Positions 50,227-59,644 of a DNA stretch of 64,000 nucleotides are shown in pieces (position 1 is the first letter of the stretch; the number at the start of each line of letters is the position of its first letter). Both the position numbers and the translations under genes were made by a program. The notes beneath the pieces were generated by a model that had not been told where the DNA came from, did no database searches, and saw nothing but the letters and a program-made list of their open reading frames with translations. This DNA is from Candidatus Latescibacterota bacterium (GTDB taxonomy: Bacteria > Latescibacterota > UBA2968 > GCA-2709665): the NCBI GenBank assembly GCA_965203805.1, contig OZ241917.1:2784001-2848000 (forward strand). Reading direction: 5' to 3'.

Positions 50227-51921
50227 TCAAAATCGTGCAGCCAAACGTTCAACCTTCATCGACATATCGCCCTTCTTTAATATCAGAGCTTTATAAGGCT
50301 CTAACAAAAGCTTGATATTTCTTGGCTGTTCTTCTACCTCCGACTCCAAGTCTTTCGACATATCATTACCCAAAGTATCTTCCACTATGACGTCCTCATC
50401 TGGACGGAAAGCGAACTGAAAAATAGCATCTCGCTTGATGTGTCCCAAACTGATTTCGTCGCCTGCGGCATTTGTTATTTTCAAATCAACCTGCTTGCTC
50501 GCGGGCCCCAATCGAAGCCGTTCCGTGTGTTCCTGAACTTGATTCAGGCTGTCTGTAACCCGATATTTCAACGGATAGTACATTATCCAAGCGATCATAG
50601 CAATCAAGATTATCAAGCCAACAAGGAGTGCGACCCAGGCGATCCAGGGACCTTTAAGGGGTGTGATTTGCAATTCGCCAGAAATCGTACCACCTATCGG
50701 CACGACAGTTGCAGGCTGTTGATGGAGGTACTGGATAATATCAGTAGGCGTATAGATGCGGTTCAACACACCCGGCTGGTCGGTGAAGTACCGCGCTTTG
50801 TAAGCCTCTGTCATGCGAAACGAATTAGGCGGAATTTCTATAGACACAGCGAAATAATAGTCCGCTGGCACAGGGCCAATACGGACGAGGCTCAAGTAGT
50901 CCCAGAAATTTCGATGGTCTGGATAAAAAGGGCCAAAGTGTACCAGGCAGGTATAGACAGAGGTATGTTGGGTCGCAGACATAAGTGTATCTACGAGTGC
51001 TGGGGGGCTTACCCGACCGTAGTGATACGATCTACGGCCTAACAAAATGCGATCCTGCACCTTGCGGGCGTATACCTGCGGAGGTTGGACTTTAAACTCC
51101 GATCCTGCAGGTTCAATGTTAATGTGGCTGAGTCGTGATTGTAGTGTAAAATTAAAACGCAGTCGGCTTTTTTCACTAATTTCCGCAACGATTGGTCTGA
51201 TCAACCCGGGAGCTAAAATAATGGTATCATCAATCGGCTTCATCACCATCGGCTCCATTCCCTCGTTCTGCAAAACTGTGACGAGATGCTCAAATTGGGA
51301 GCGGAATTGTGGCTGCGTAAGCAACAGATAAAGGACAAAACCTTTCATTCCCCGGTAGTAGAGCCGACGATCAGGACGGATCCGGATTTCGGAATTGGGG
51401 TTCATGCTTTGCAGTTCGCTATGTCCTTTATGTGGGACGGGATTAGACAGAAGCCCTTCAAACATCCGCTTAAGAGGGATAGCCCGCAAAACTTTGATCG
51501 TATCGCGGTTAAAACAAGCATAAAGTGCTCTGGCGTCGAGATCGCTGGCTGCCTGAACATTGTCCGTGAGCATCATCACAATCGGCGCCCTGTCATATCC
51601 CGTATTAAATGCCGCCTCAAGATTGGTATATCCACCCCAGGTCTTTGTCTTTTGGAAACTCTCGGCACCCTGCCAGGCTACTGTATCTGGCCGGCTTGAA
51701 ACAAAAAAAACTGTCTCTGAGGGAATGTCCTTCTGGTCGCACGCCTTTTTCAGGATATTGACCAGAATATTGAGTTCTTTACTGTTGTCGAAACCAGTCA
51801 TCGAACCAGAGCCGTCAATCTGTATGCTCACTCTTTGGGCATATACCGACGATGCTTGTGCGAACAATATGCCCAATATGATAATAAAATAGGCCACTGC
51901 CTTAGGCCTCTCTATCCCCAT
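50227..51921 (-). CDS. Membrane-anchored vWA-like domain protein
   Basis: Signal peptide; MIDAS DGSGS, YTNL, LTDN; TM segment WIAWVALL..IAWIMY; about 110-aa C-terminal tail. Confidence 0.75.
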   Translation of the reverse strand: MGIERPKAVAYFIIILGILFAQASSVYAQRVSIQIDGSGSMTGFDNSKELNILVNILKKACDQKDIPSETVFFVSSRPDTVAWQGAESFQKTKTWGGYTNLEAAFNTGYDRAPIVMMLTDNVQAASDLDARALYACFNRDTIKVLRAIPLKRMFEGLLSNPVPHKGHSELQSMNPNSEIRIRPDRRLYYRGMKGFVLYLLLTQPQFRSQFEHLVTVLQNEGMEPMVMKPIDDTIILAPGLIRPIVAEISEKSRLRFNFTLQSRLSHINIEPAGSEFKVQPPQVYARKVQDRILLGRRSYHYGRVSPPALVDTLMSATQHTSVYTCLVHFGPFYPDHRNFWDYLSLVRIGPVPADYYFAVSIEIPPNSFRMTEAYKARYFTDQPGVLNRIYTPTDIIQYLHQQPATVVPIGGTISGELQITPLKGPWIAWVALLVGLIILIAMIAWIMYYPLKYRVTDSLNQVQEHTERLRLGPASKQVDLKITNAAGDEISLGHIKRDAIFQFAFRPDEDVIVEDTLGNDMSKDLESEVEEQPRNIKLLLEPYKALILKKGDMSMKVERLAARF

Positions 51922-53149
51922 TGAGAGGATAACAGTACAGCATTGTGGAATTATCTTCTCTCATCAAGACATATACACTATGCCCAAAACCTGCTGGTGC
52001 GGTCACAGCAGTCAGACCAGTGTTGAACGACCAGAAGCGCGGACGAGAAATGCCATTGTTGCGGTCAAAATGGAATAGTGACACGAGGGGCAACCCATTA
52101 GGATCTTCATTATCTTGAAAACCTATGAGAACATTGCCAAAAGAGCTACACATGTCCGTCTGACTCATGAAGGCTGGATACGCTCTATCAACACTACTAT
52201 CCAGGGGATTCACTAAATTTACGCCTTCAGATGTGACCACAACGAACCAATTCTGATCGTCAATGTCTATGGAGTGAAGGGCTGTCGCACGGAGATCAGG
52301 TATGGTATCTGTAATGGGTTCGAGATTATCCTGAGTAAAAGAAATTATCCTGACATCACCATTCTCTTGTCTGGACGCTAAGCGAAGCAGGCCAGTGCAG
52401 TTTGATCCTACGCAATGGCTCTTGCCCCCTTCTTCAAATCCTTCATAAGGCTCCGAGACACCATCATCTGTCAACAAGGCCATGTTATACTCACCTACGA
52501 GCGCCACCATAAAATCTCCGCCTTGCAGTGGAACCAGCGTTTCAATATCAAATGGCGTGTCTATTTCTCGAGGTTTGTAAGCAGTTTCCTCTCCTTCTAC
52601 CCAAAAATTATTGATGGATGGTGTATCTCCTATTCTTATTCGACGATTTGCTTCGTCAAGTACGAGCAACCGATTTTTGAACAACCAAAATTTCTGTACA
52701 TTCTCGGCACATGGCCACCAATTCGTGCTCATAGCCATATAGTCGCTGCAGAGCGCAGACACCGGAAAAACATGGAGATTACCGTGAGTGTTCAGGACAT
52801 ATATCCAACACTGGTCAAAGCGAACTTCGGCGATTCCCTCGGTGATGTGTGAGAGAAAAAAAGGGGTGCTTTCGTGGAGAGGGTTGGGAAAAACGACCAT
52901 ATTTCCCGTAGCTTTCTCAACAACCAATGCAACGCCGAATATGTTCAAGAGCAAATCAGGTTTTCCTCTAAGCGGAACTATGTGTTCCTCGGGCGGGCGA
53001 CTTTCCGTGGGCGCTACGGGTGCTGCAACTAGAGTCGCTTTATCCGGGAGACTGCCACATTGAGAGCAGAAATTGGCGAGTGGCGGGTTGGTTTCTGCAC
53101 CACAGGCGTTACATTTCCACGTGTTTGTCGTCCAATTCCATTTGACCAT
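51902..53149 (-). CDS. Zinc-ribbon plus beta-rich (propeller-like) hypothetical protein
   Basis: CNAC..CSQC at the N-terminus, Pro-rich linker, beta-strand repeats; first gene of the operon. Confidence 0.7.
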   Translation of the reverse strand: MVKWNWTTNTWKCNACGAETNPPLANFCSQCGSLPDKATLVAAPVAPTESRPPEEHIVPLRGKPDLLLNIFGVALVVEKATGNMVVFPNPLHESTPFFLSHITEGIAEVRFDQCWIYVLNTHGNLHVFPVSALCSDYMAMSTNWWPCAENVQKFWLFKNRLLVLDEANRRIRIGDTPSINNFWVEGEETAYKPREIDTPFDIETLVPLQGGDFMVALVGEYNMALLTDDGVSEPYEGFEEGGKSHCVGSNCTGLLRLASRQENGDVRIISFTQDNLEPITDTIPDLRATALHSIDIDDQNWFVVVTSEGVNLVNPLDSSVDRAYPAFMSQTDMCSSFGNVLIGFQDNEDPNGLPLVSLFHFDRNNGISRPRFWSFNTGLTAVTAPAGFGHSVYVLMREDNSTMLYCYPLNGDREA

Positions 53150-53273
53150 CGAGTCGGCCCTCGCCCCCAGGTAAGCGGGTTCTTGGAACTTACAGTAAGT
53201 CTTCTACGCAAGATGCGTTCATGTTTCTTCATGCTCCCAGCTAACGAAAAGCGTTGAAATCCCCCACCACGGT

Positions 53274-53535
53274 CGCCGACCCTTCGACCCTTCGGCAGGC
53301 TCAGGGCAACGCATGCTCAGGGAGCGGCTCTGAATGCAGGCTCAATGAGATTCGTCTCCTGTATTCCTTAATTTGCGCGATCTATGGTGAATCGATTCAC
53401 TGCCATTACTCGTTTTGCCGCGCTTTTTGGTTTTCATCCTGTCGATCTTGCCTGCCTGTGCCGCCTGCCTGTGCGTGCTGTCGCCCGCACGCAGACAGGT
53501 GCCCGGCACGGCAGACAGGCCATCCATGTAAGTTT
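53274..53535. repeat. Nested REP-like palindromic repeats
   Basis: 53274-53330 is an inverted copy of the 36118-36150 repeat with a second unit inserted; 53451-53519 holds two nested cctgcctg..cagacagg palindromes. Confidence 0.75.
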
Positions 53536-53559
53536 CATTTTCCGAATTCAAAACGCCAT

Positions 53560-54651
53560 TCAAGGCTCAACCGTTACTTTGATGGACCGCTCACCGGCCG
53601 CGACGAGGTCGAAGCCATCCTGGAATCTCTCGAGCGGCAGGCGATGGGTCACGATGCGGTCCATCGGCAGGAGGCCCTTCCGGATCATATCGATCGCGAT
53701 GGGATAACATCCGGGCCCCAGGTGGGCGCCGTGGATGTTGAGTTCCTTGGTGTCGCCGATGATCGTCCAGTCCGTCGTTACGGGCTCCCGCATCACGCTG
53801 AATTCGACGAAAGTGCCGAGTTTGCAGATCATGTGCAGGCCCTGTTCCACGGCGGCCGGGTGCCCGGTCGCTTCGATGTAGACGTCGCATCCGTATCCAT
53901 CGGTGACGTGGCGCACTTCGCGGACGACGTCTGTTTTTCCCGGATTGAAGACCAGGTCCGCGCCGCAGGCTCTCGCCACGTCCAGGCGGTCGTCGTTAAG
54001 GTCCAGGGCGACGAGCAGCCGGGGGTTCTTGAGGCGGGCGGCGGCGACCATTCCCAGCCCCAGTGGTCCCGCGCCGGCGATGACCACGGTGTGGTCCAGT
54101 TCGACTTCGCCGCGTTGGACCGCGTGAACGGCGCAAGCCAGGGGCTCGATGTACACCGCGTGGTGGGCCGGAATCCCCGTGGGGACTCTATAATTGAGCG
54201 CGTCGGCGGGGAAACGCATGAATTCGGCCATCGCGCCGAAGGTGTTCTGCCGGAAGCCGTAAATGTCGTGACGCATGCACATCCAGTACTGGCCGCGCCG
54301 GCAATAGCGGCACGCGTGGCACGGGACGATCTGTTCGGAAATCGCCGTGTCGCCAATGGCCAGTCCGTATTTCTCTCCGGCGCCCGGACCGAGCATAACC
54401 ACCTCGCCGATGAATTCATGGCCCGGGACGACGGGGGCCTGGCAGTACCCCTTCCGGTGTTCGTCTCCCCAGAAGAGCGGTGCGCCGAGATAGCATTTGA
54501 GATCGCTGGCGCAGATCCCCGCGGACCTGACGCGGACAACGACCTCCTCCGGTCCCGGAAGCGGCACGGGGCGTTCTTCCAGCCGGTAGTCTTCGGGTCC
54601 ATGGCAGACAACCGCAGGCATGGTATCCGGAAGTCCGGTTTGCGTCGTCAA
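53560..54651 (-). CDS. eltD: Zn-dependent polyol dehydrogenase, erythritol/L-threitol dehydrogenase-like
   Basis: GICASDLKC..FWGD, PGHEF, SEQIVPC..C..C, GAGPLGLG, KELNIHGAHLGP; closely matches the EltD pattern as I recall it. Confidence 0.8.
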   Translation of the reverse strand: MTTQTGLPDTMPAVVCHGPEDYRLEERPVPLPGPEEVVVRVRSAGICASDLKCYLGAPLFWGDEHRKGYCQAPVVPGHEFIGEVVMLGPGAGEKYGLAIGDTAISEQIVPCHACRYCRRGQYWMCMRHDIYGFRQNTFGAMAEFMRFPADALNYRVPTGIPAHHAVYIEPLACAVHAVQRGEVELDHTVVIAGAGPLGLGMVAAARLKNPRLLVALDLNDDRLDVARACGADLVFNPGKTDVVREVRHVTDGYGCDVYIEATGHPAAVEQGLHMICKLGTFVEFSVMREPVTTDWTIIGDTKELNIHGAHLGPGCYPIAIDMIRKGLLPMDRIVTHRLPLERFQDGFDLVAAGERSIKVTVEP

Positions 54652-54947
54652 CGGCGAACTCCTCCGAAGCCCGGCCAGGCTTTGAATTTCCTGCCTGCGG
54701 AGAACACGGACCCGTCCCCGACGGGCAGACGTCCGCGGGTTTCTTTACAATACCAGACAGTCGAATCCGTGCTTCGACAACAATCGTGCGTCTGCCGGAG
54801 ACACCAAGATAGGACGAAACAACACAGATGGCAACCGAATCGAATGGATTGGTCGCCAGGGTTTTTCCTTGTGTCCGCCTTATCCGCTTATTTACATTGT
54901 GGAGCAAATTTCCGTGCGCTTGAAGACCTGATTCAGAGGAGAGATTG

Positions 54948-57900
54948 ATGGACCGTCGTGATGCGATGTGGCTGCTGGTATTCGTGGTTCTGGGCGTGGG
55001 CGGGCTGGCGGTTTTTCTGAATTTCTATAACGAAGCGATTCCGTCCGCGTCGCTGGACTTCAAATTGAGCCGCGACGAAGTACACCAGAAGGCACAGGGT
55101 TATCTGGAGAGTCTGGGATACGATCTTGCCGACTACGAGAGCGCCCAGATATTTTCAAGCAGCCAGATGCAGCAGATCTTCCTGGAACAAACGCTCGGCC
55201 TGGAGGAGACCAACCGGCTGGCGCGGGAATGGCTGTCGGTCTGGTCCTGGAGCGTGCGGTGGTTCAGGCCGCTGCAGAAGGAGGAACTTCGGGTGGGGCT
55301 TGATCCGGGCGGGCGGATCGTCGGATTCTCGCACCGAATCCTGGAATCGGATGAAGGCGCCGGCATTGCGCAGGACGACGCCCTGGCAATAGCATCCGAT
55401 TTCCTGCGGAATACGCAGGGGTACGACTTGGGCGCCTACGAACTGATCGACCGTTCCAGCACGGAACGCAAGGCCCGGGTGGATCACCGGTTCGCCTTCC
55501 GGAAAAAGGACTTCACCGTAGGAGACGACGGACACTACCGGCTGGACGTCGTGGTTCACGGCGACCGTGTCGGTCGGTTCAGCGAGTACCTGAAAGTGCC
55601 GGATAGTTTCTCCCGGAGTTACCGCGAGGTGCGTTCAAGGGCGAATCTGTTGACTCAGGTTTTTTTGCCGTTCTGGCTCGCGCTCGGCGTCGCCATGCTG
55701 GTGATTCTGGTCAAGAACTATCGCCGAAAGCGGTTGCGCTGGCAAGCCGGCCTGGTCGTGGGAACACTCGTCGCCATCGCCTGGCTTGCGGCAAACGTCA
55801 ATGCCCTGCCTCTCGCGCTGTATAATTTCGATACAACGGTCACCTACGGCGCCTTTCTGGTGACACTGCTCTTCAGTGCCGTCCTGATCGCGGCGGTTTA
55901 CGGCGGGATCGTCTGTCTGGCCGGGACCGCGGGCGGCGTTCTCGAAAGAGACGTGTTGTCTGTGGGACGCGTGAGCCCGCTGGGGCGCCTGTCGCTTAGG
56001 GGGATATTTTCGGCAGGATTTCTGCGATCCACGGTTGTGGGTTACGGCGCCGCCGGGGCCGTGCTGGGTTACGTCGCTGTGTTTTACCTGCTTGGCGGGC
56101 GGTATTTCGACGTCTGGGTGCCAGCGGACGTCAGTGAGTACAACAATGCATTCAGCACGGCTATTCCCTGGATTTACCCGTTGCTGGTGGGATTGTCAGC
56201 CGCAGCGGTCGAGGAGTTTTTCTTCCGTCTGCTGGCGATTCCGCTGCTGATCAGATGGTTGAAACGGCCCTGGCTGGCGGTGTTGCTGCCGGCGGTGGTG
56301 TGGGCGTTTCTGCATTCCAATTATCCGCACGAGCCCATCTACGTACGCGGAATCGAGATTACCGTCATCGGGATCGTCTTTGGAATGCTGTTCTTGCGTT
56401 TCGGGATCTGGGCGCCCATTATCGCCCACTACGCGATCAATGCGTTCATCGTGGCATTGCCCATGGTGAAATCTTCGAGTCTGTACTTCCAGGTATCAGG
56501 GGTGCTCGTCATCGGGATTCTGCTGGTTCCGGCCATCCCTGCTGCGTTCGCTGTCCTGACAGGGAGCTCACGAACCGAGGAAGTTGAAGACGTAGCAGAT
56601 GAGGAGGCGCCTGATGAACCGGTCGAATTCGAGGAACCGGCGCCCGAGCCCGAACGGGCGTCCGTGACTCAAAGAGACCCCGAAGCGTATTTGCCGGATC
56701 GCCAGAGGTGGATTGTCACCGGGGTGTGTATCGTCGCAGGGATCGCGTTGATGATCGGTTTCCACGTGGACCGGTTCGGTTCTCGTACATTAAAGCTCGA
56801 AGTGACCCGGAGCCAGGCGACAGGGGTCGCGGAGGCGTTCTGTACGGAGCTTGGCCTGGATGTCTCGGAATACCGCAGGTCGGTGCAGTTTCGCAGCGGG
56901 GTCGGGGCCTCGCATAATACACATCTGATCCGAAACGCGGGGGTCGCGCGGGCGGACACCCTGATGGCAGAGAACACAACACCATGGTATTGGCACGTTC
57001 GCTGGTTCAAGCCGATGGAGAAAGAGGAGATCCAGGTCCGCGTGGACGCATCGGGGCGCGTTGCAGGAATAAACCATATCATTCCGGAGACACGGGCGGG
57101 GCCGGAATTGGAGACCGAAGCTGCGCGAGCGAAGGCGGAGGCGTTTGTTGTGGAGAAGTTCGAGCGGCCCGTGACGGATTCAACGCAATACAAGCTGCTG
57201 GAGGCCCGTTCTGAGAAGGAAAAGGAACGGATGGACCACCATTTCGTCTGGGAGCGGATCGACCGGAAAATCGAGGACGGCGAGTTCCGCGTCAATGCGC
57301 GGGTCCAGGGCGACGAGGTGGGATTCTTCAGTACCCGATACAAGGCGCCGGAGGCATTCCTTCGATCTCTCCGGGAACGCGGCGCCGGACGGGCGTTGGC
57401 TTCAATTGTGCCCGTCCTGCTGGTACTGGCGACGCTCATATTGGCAGGTGTTTATTTCTTCCGGTACTACCGCGCAAGTGAGATTCGCTGGAAGCTGCCG
57501 ATAGGCATCGGCATTGCGGTTGTGTTTTTGACCCTGTTGAACTGGATCAATTCCCTGCCGACCTTCTTCCACGGTTACGACACGAGCCAGGCGATGATGA
57601 CCTATCTGGGTATCCAGGGCGTCGGCCTGCTGATCGGGACACCGATGATGGGGCTCGCGACAGCGGCCCTGTTTGCGTTGATGACGGCGATGATGGGGTC
57701 GCTCTACCCGGAGGAGATGGGAGCCGGCAGGTGGCTGGGGCTCCTGCGGATGCGGGATGGCAGTGTGCGCTTCTGGTCGGGCACGCTGGTTCTGGCGGCG
57801 GCGTTTCTGCTACTCTGGAAGGGTACGGAGAGTATCGCAATGTACGTGAAATATAACGGCTTGACGGAGTATCTGGAGGCGGGCGGATTCAACCTGCCGC

Positions 57901-58358
57901 GAATCAATACCTATCTTCCCTTTCTTGACGCCGCATGTGACGCGGCCCTGGACCTGATCGAACCATTCGCCGTGCTGGCGATCCTGCTGGTCTGGAAGGC
58001 CGGGGTGAAACGAGCATGGTTGATTGTGGCGGGATTCGCGATCGCCATATTGTCCTCCGACGCGATCGAACCCGCCGAGAGCTTCTATCACTTTTCCGTC
58101 CTGGCCGGCCTGGCGCTCGTCAAACTGGGCGTGCTGGTTTTCCTTATTGCCTGGCTGGTCCGGTTCAATCTGATGGCCTATCTCGTCGCCGTCTGGTCCG
58201 CCACGCTCATCCCCGGCCCTGGAATCGGGTTCATTCAACGGACAACGGACACCGTCTACCAGTGGAATGGCATCGCGATGGTCGTGCTCGGCCTGGCGCC
58301 GCTGCTCTTCCTGATGGCTGCGTATCTGCGCGAGCGACGGGAACGCATCGCACGATGA
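54948..58358 (+). CDS. CPBP (CAAX/Abi) intramembrane metalloprotease within an internally duplicated large membrane protein
   Basis: EEFFFR, WAFLH, AHYAIN motifs; two homologous extracytoplasmic modules (W.VRWF.P..KEE..V..D..GR..G..H). Confidence 0.85.
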   Translation: MDRRDAMWLLVFVVLGVGGLAVFLNFYNEAIPSASLDFKLSRDEVHQKAQGYLESLGYDLADYESAQIFSSSQMQQIFLEQTLGLEETNRLAREWLSVWSWSVRWFRPLQKEELRVGLDPGGRIVGFSHRILESDEGAGIAQDDALAIASDFLRNTQGYDLGAYELIDRSSTERKARVDHRFAFRKKDFTVGDDGHYRLDVVVHGDRVGRFSEYLKVPDSFSRSYREVRSRANLLTQVFLPFWLALGVAMLVILVKNYRRKRLRWQAGLVVGTLVAIAWLAANVNALPLALYNFDTTVTYGAFLVTLLFSAVLIAAVYGGIVCLAGTAGGVLERDVLSVGRVSPLGRLSLRGIFSAGFLRSTVVGYGAAGAVLGYVAVFYLLGGRYFDVWVPADVSEYNNAFSTAIPWIYPLLVGLSAAAVEEFFFRLLAIPLLIRWLKRPWLAVLLPAVVWAFLHSNYPHEPIYVRGIEITVIGIVFGMLFLRFGIWAPIIAHYAINAFIVALPMVKSSSLYFQVSGVLVIGILLVPAIPAAFAVLTGSSRTEEVEDVADEEAPDEPVEFEEPAPEPERASVTQRDPEAYLPDRQRWIVTGVCIVAGIALMIGFHVDRFGSRTLKLEVTRSQATGVAEAFCTELGLDVSEYRRSVQFRSGVGASHNTHLIRNAGVARADTLMAENTTPWYWHVRWFKPMEKEEIQVRVDASGRVAGINHIIPETRAGPELETEAARAKAEAFVVEKFERPVTDSTQYKLLEARSEKEKERMDHHFVWERIDRKIEDGEFRVNARVQGDEVGFFSTRYKAPEAFLRSLRERGAGRALASIVPVLLVLATLILAGVYFFRYYRASEIRWKLPIGIGIAVVFLTLLNWINSLPTFFHGYDTSQAMMTYLGIQGVGLLIGTPMMGLATAALFALMTAMMGSLYPEEMGAGRWLGLLRMRDGSVRFWSGTLVLAAAFLLLWKGTESIAMYVKYNGLTEYLEAGGFNLPRINTYLPFLDAACDAALDLIEPFAVLAILLVWKAGVKRAWLIVAGFAIAILSSDAIEPAESFYHFSVLAGLALVKLGVLVFLIAWLVRFNLMAYLVAVWSATLIPGPGIGFIQRTTDTVYQWNGIAMVVLGLAPLLFLMAAYLRERRERIAR

Positions 58359-59012
58359 TCACTCGGATTCCAGAACACCGGGATCCATTTCATGCCAGAA
58401 CACGTCACCGGATTCGATGACATTCCGAATGCGGTGGTCTCGATATAAGCCGGCTACTGCCGCGTGGGCGCGTCGCTGAGTAAACCTCGTCAGGAATCCG
58501 GCGTTGCGAATGGCCCTGGTGGTGTCCCTGCCGTTGACCGTGAATGAAATCTCCACGGCGACGTAGCAGGTTGCTTCTGCGCGGTCTATGGCTTCCATAA
58601 CCAGATCCGCCCTTCGGAAACTCCTCAGTTCGTCTGTGGCAATATCCGATGTGTCGGCGGCGTCGACAAGGTCCCAGAGTTCTTCCTGAGAGAGTGTCTT
58701 CAATCGCCGCAAACCCATCTCCCTGGCAATGAGAGCGGCATCTTCGAGGGCGGCATTTCTGGCGAGGATGCCTTTGATCTGCCCCACGTCCGCCTCAAGT
58801 CTGTTGAACCGCTTGTCAATTTGCGCTTCGAGGGTATCGAATCGTCTGTTCGCGACTTCGGTGAATCTGTTCAATTCGGCGACGAACTGCGTGAACCGTT
58901 CGGGCAGTTCAATCAGTTCACGCGAGAGTAGCCGTGCGCGCATGGCGTCGGCCCATTCGGGCTTTTCGTCCAGCAATTGTATCAGGTCTTCTATGGTATT
59001 AATGGTATTCAT
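58359..59012 (-). CDS. Hypothetical protein, coiled coil plus possible PD-(D/E)XK-like C-terminal domain
   Basis: DLIQLLDEKPEW..LLSRELIELP; coiled coil; ADLV...VEIS..D..RA. Confidence 0.65.
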   Translation of the reverse strand: MNTINTIEDLIQLLDEKPEWADAMRARLLSRELIELPERFTQFVAELNRFTEVANRRFDTLEAQIDKRFNRLEADVGQIKGILARNAALEDAALIAREMGLRRLKTLSQEELWDLVDAADTSDIATDELRSFRRADLVMEAIDRAEATCYVAVEISFTVNGRDTTRAIRNAGFLTRFTQRRAHAAVAGLYRDHRIRNVIESGDVFWHEMDPGVLESE

Positions 59013-59644
59013 ACAATTTACCGGCTAATAGAGAGTTGCTGAATTAACCTGAATTATCAATGAAAACCGGTGGATTTGCTATATAATCGGTTGATTCTCA
59101 AAGGCACTGGCGGAGAATATAACGAAAACCTTGCAGCGTCCGGAATCCGGTTGGCCGGCTAACGTTGGGGTTCCACGACGGACGGATTTTTCATTCGCGT
59201 GTTTTGTAGTTTCCAACCTTGATTCGTCATTATTCGGGGACGTTAATTCGAATATGTGAAAGTGAATAAGGGTGATTTAACTGCTGATTTCTATGATCCT
59301 TCAGGTCACCGGACGTGAACGGAAAAAATGTCCTTCCGGACGACCTTTTCGGCCCAATTCGAAAGGTGTTGTCGCGACGCCGCGTTGCTGATTTTGTCGC
59401 ATTAAGGCTAATAGGGAATATGGAGCATTCTTCCACCTATTTGGCTTAATCCTGTCCCTCCATGTAAGTTCCGTCTTAGTGAATTAATGGGGATACGTGA
59501 ATGACCTTTCGAATGAGATGCGCCGTGTCAATTTCGAATATATCCTTCTTGGCTGCTCAAGTCAAATCGTCACGCCTTTCGCCTATTACTTTCTATGTCT
59601 CAAGTGGCCTTTCAAAAAAGCCCACTGCCAGATAGAACCGTTCG

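Larger units (their letters stand above)
38500..53250. mobile_element. AT-richer genomic island (no integrase in window)
   Basis: Abrupt drop in GC by eye relative to the flanks; all genes on the minus strand; TA module at one end, palindromic repeats at the other; boundaries approximate. Confidence 0.75.
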
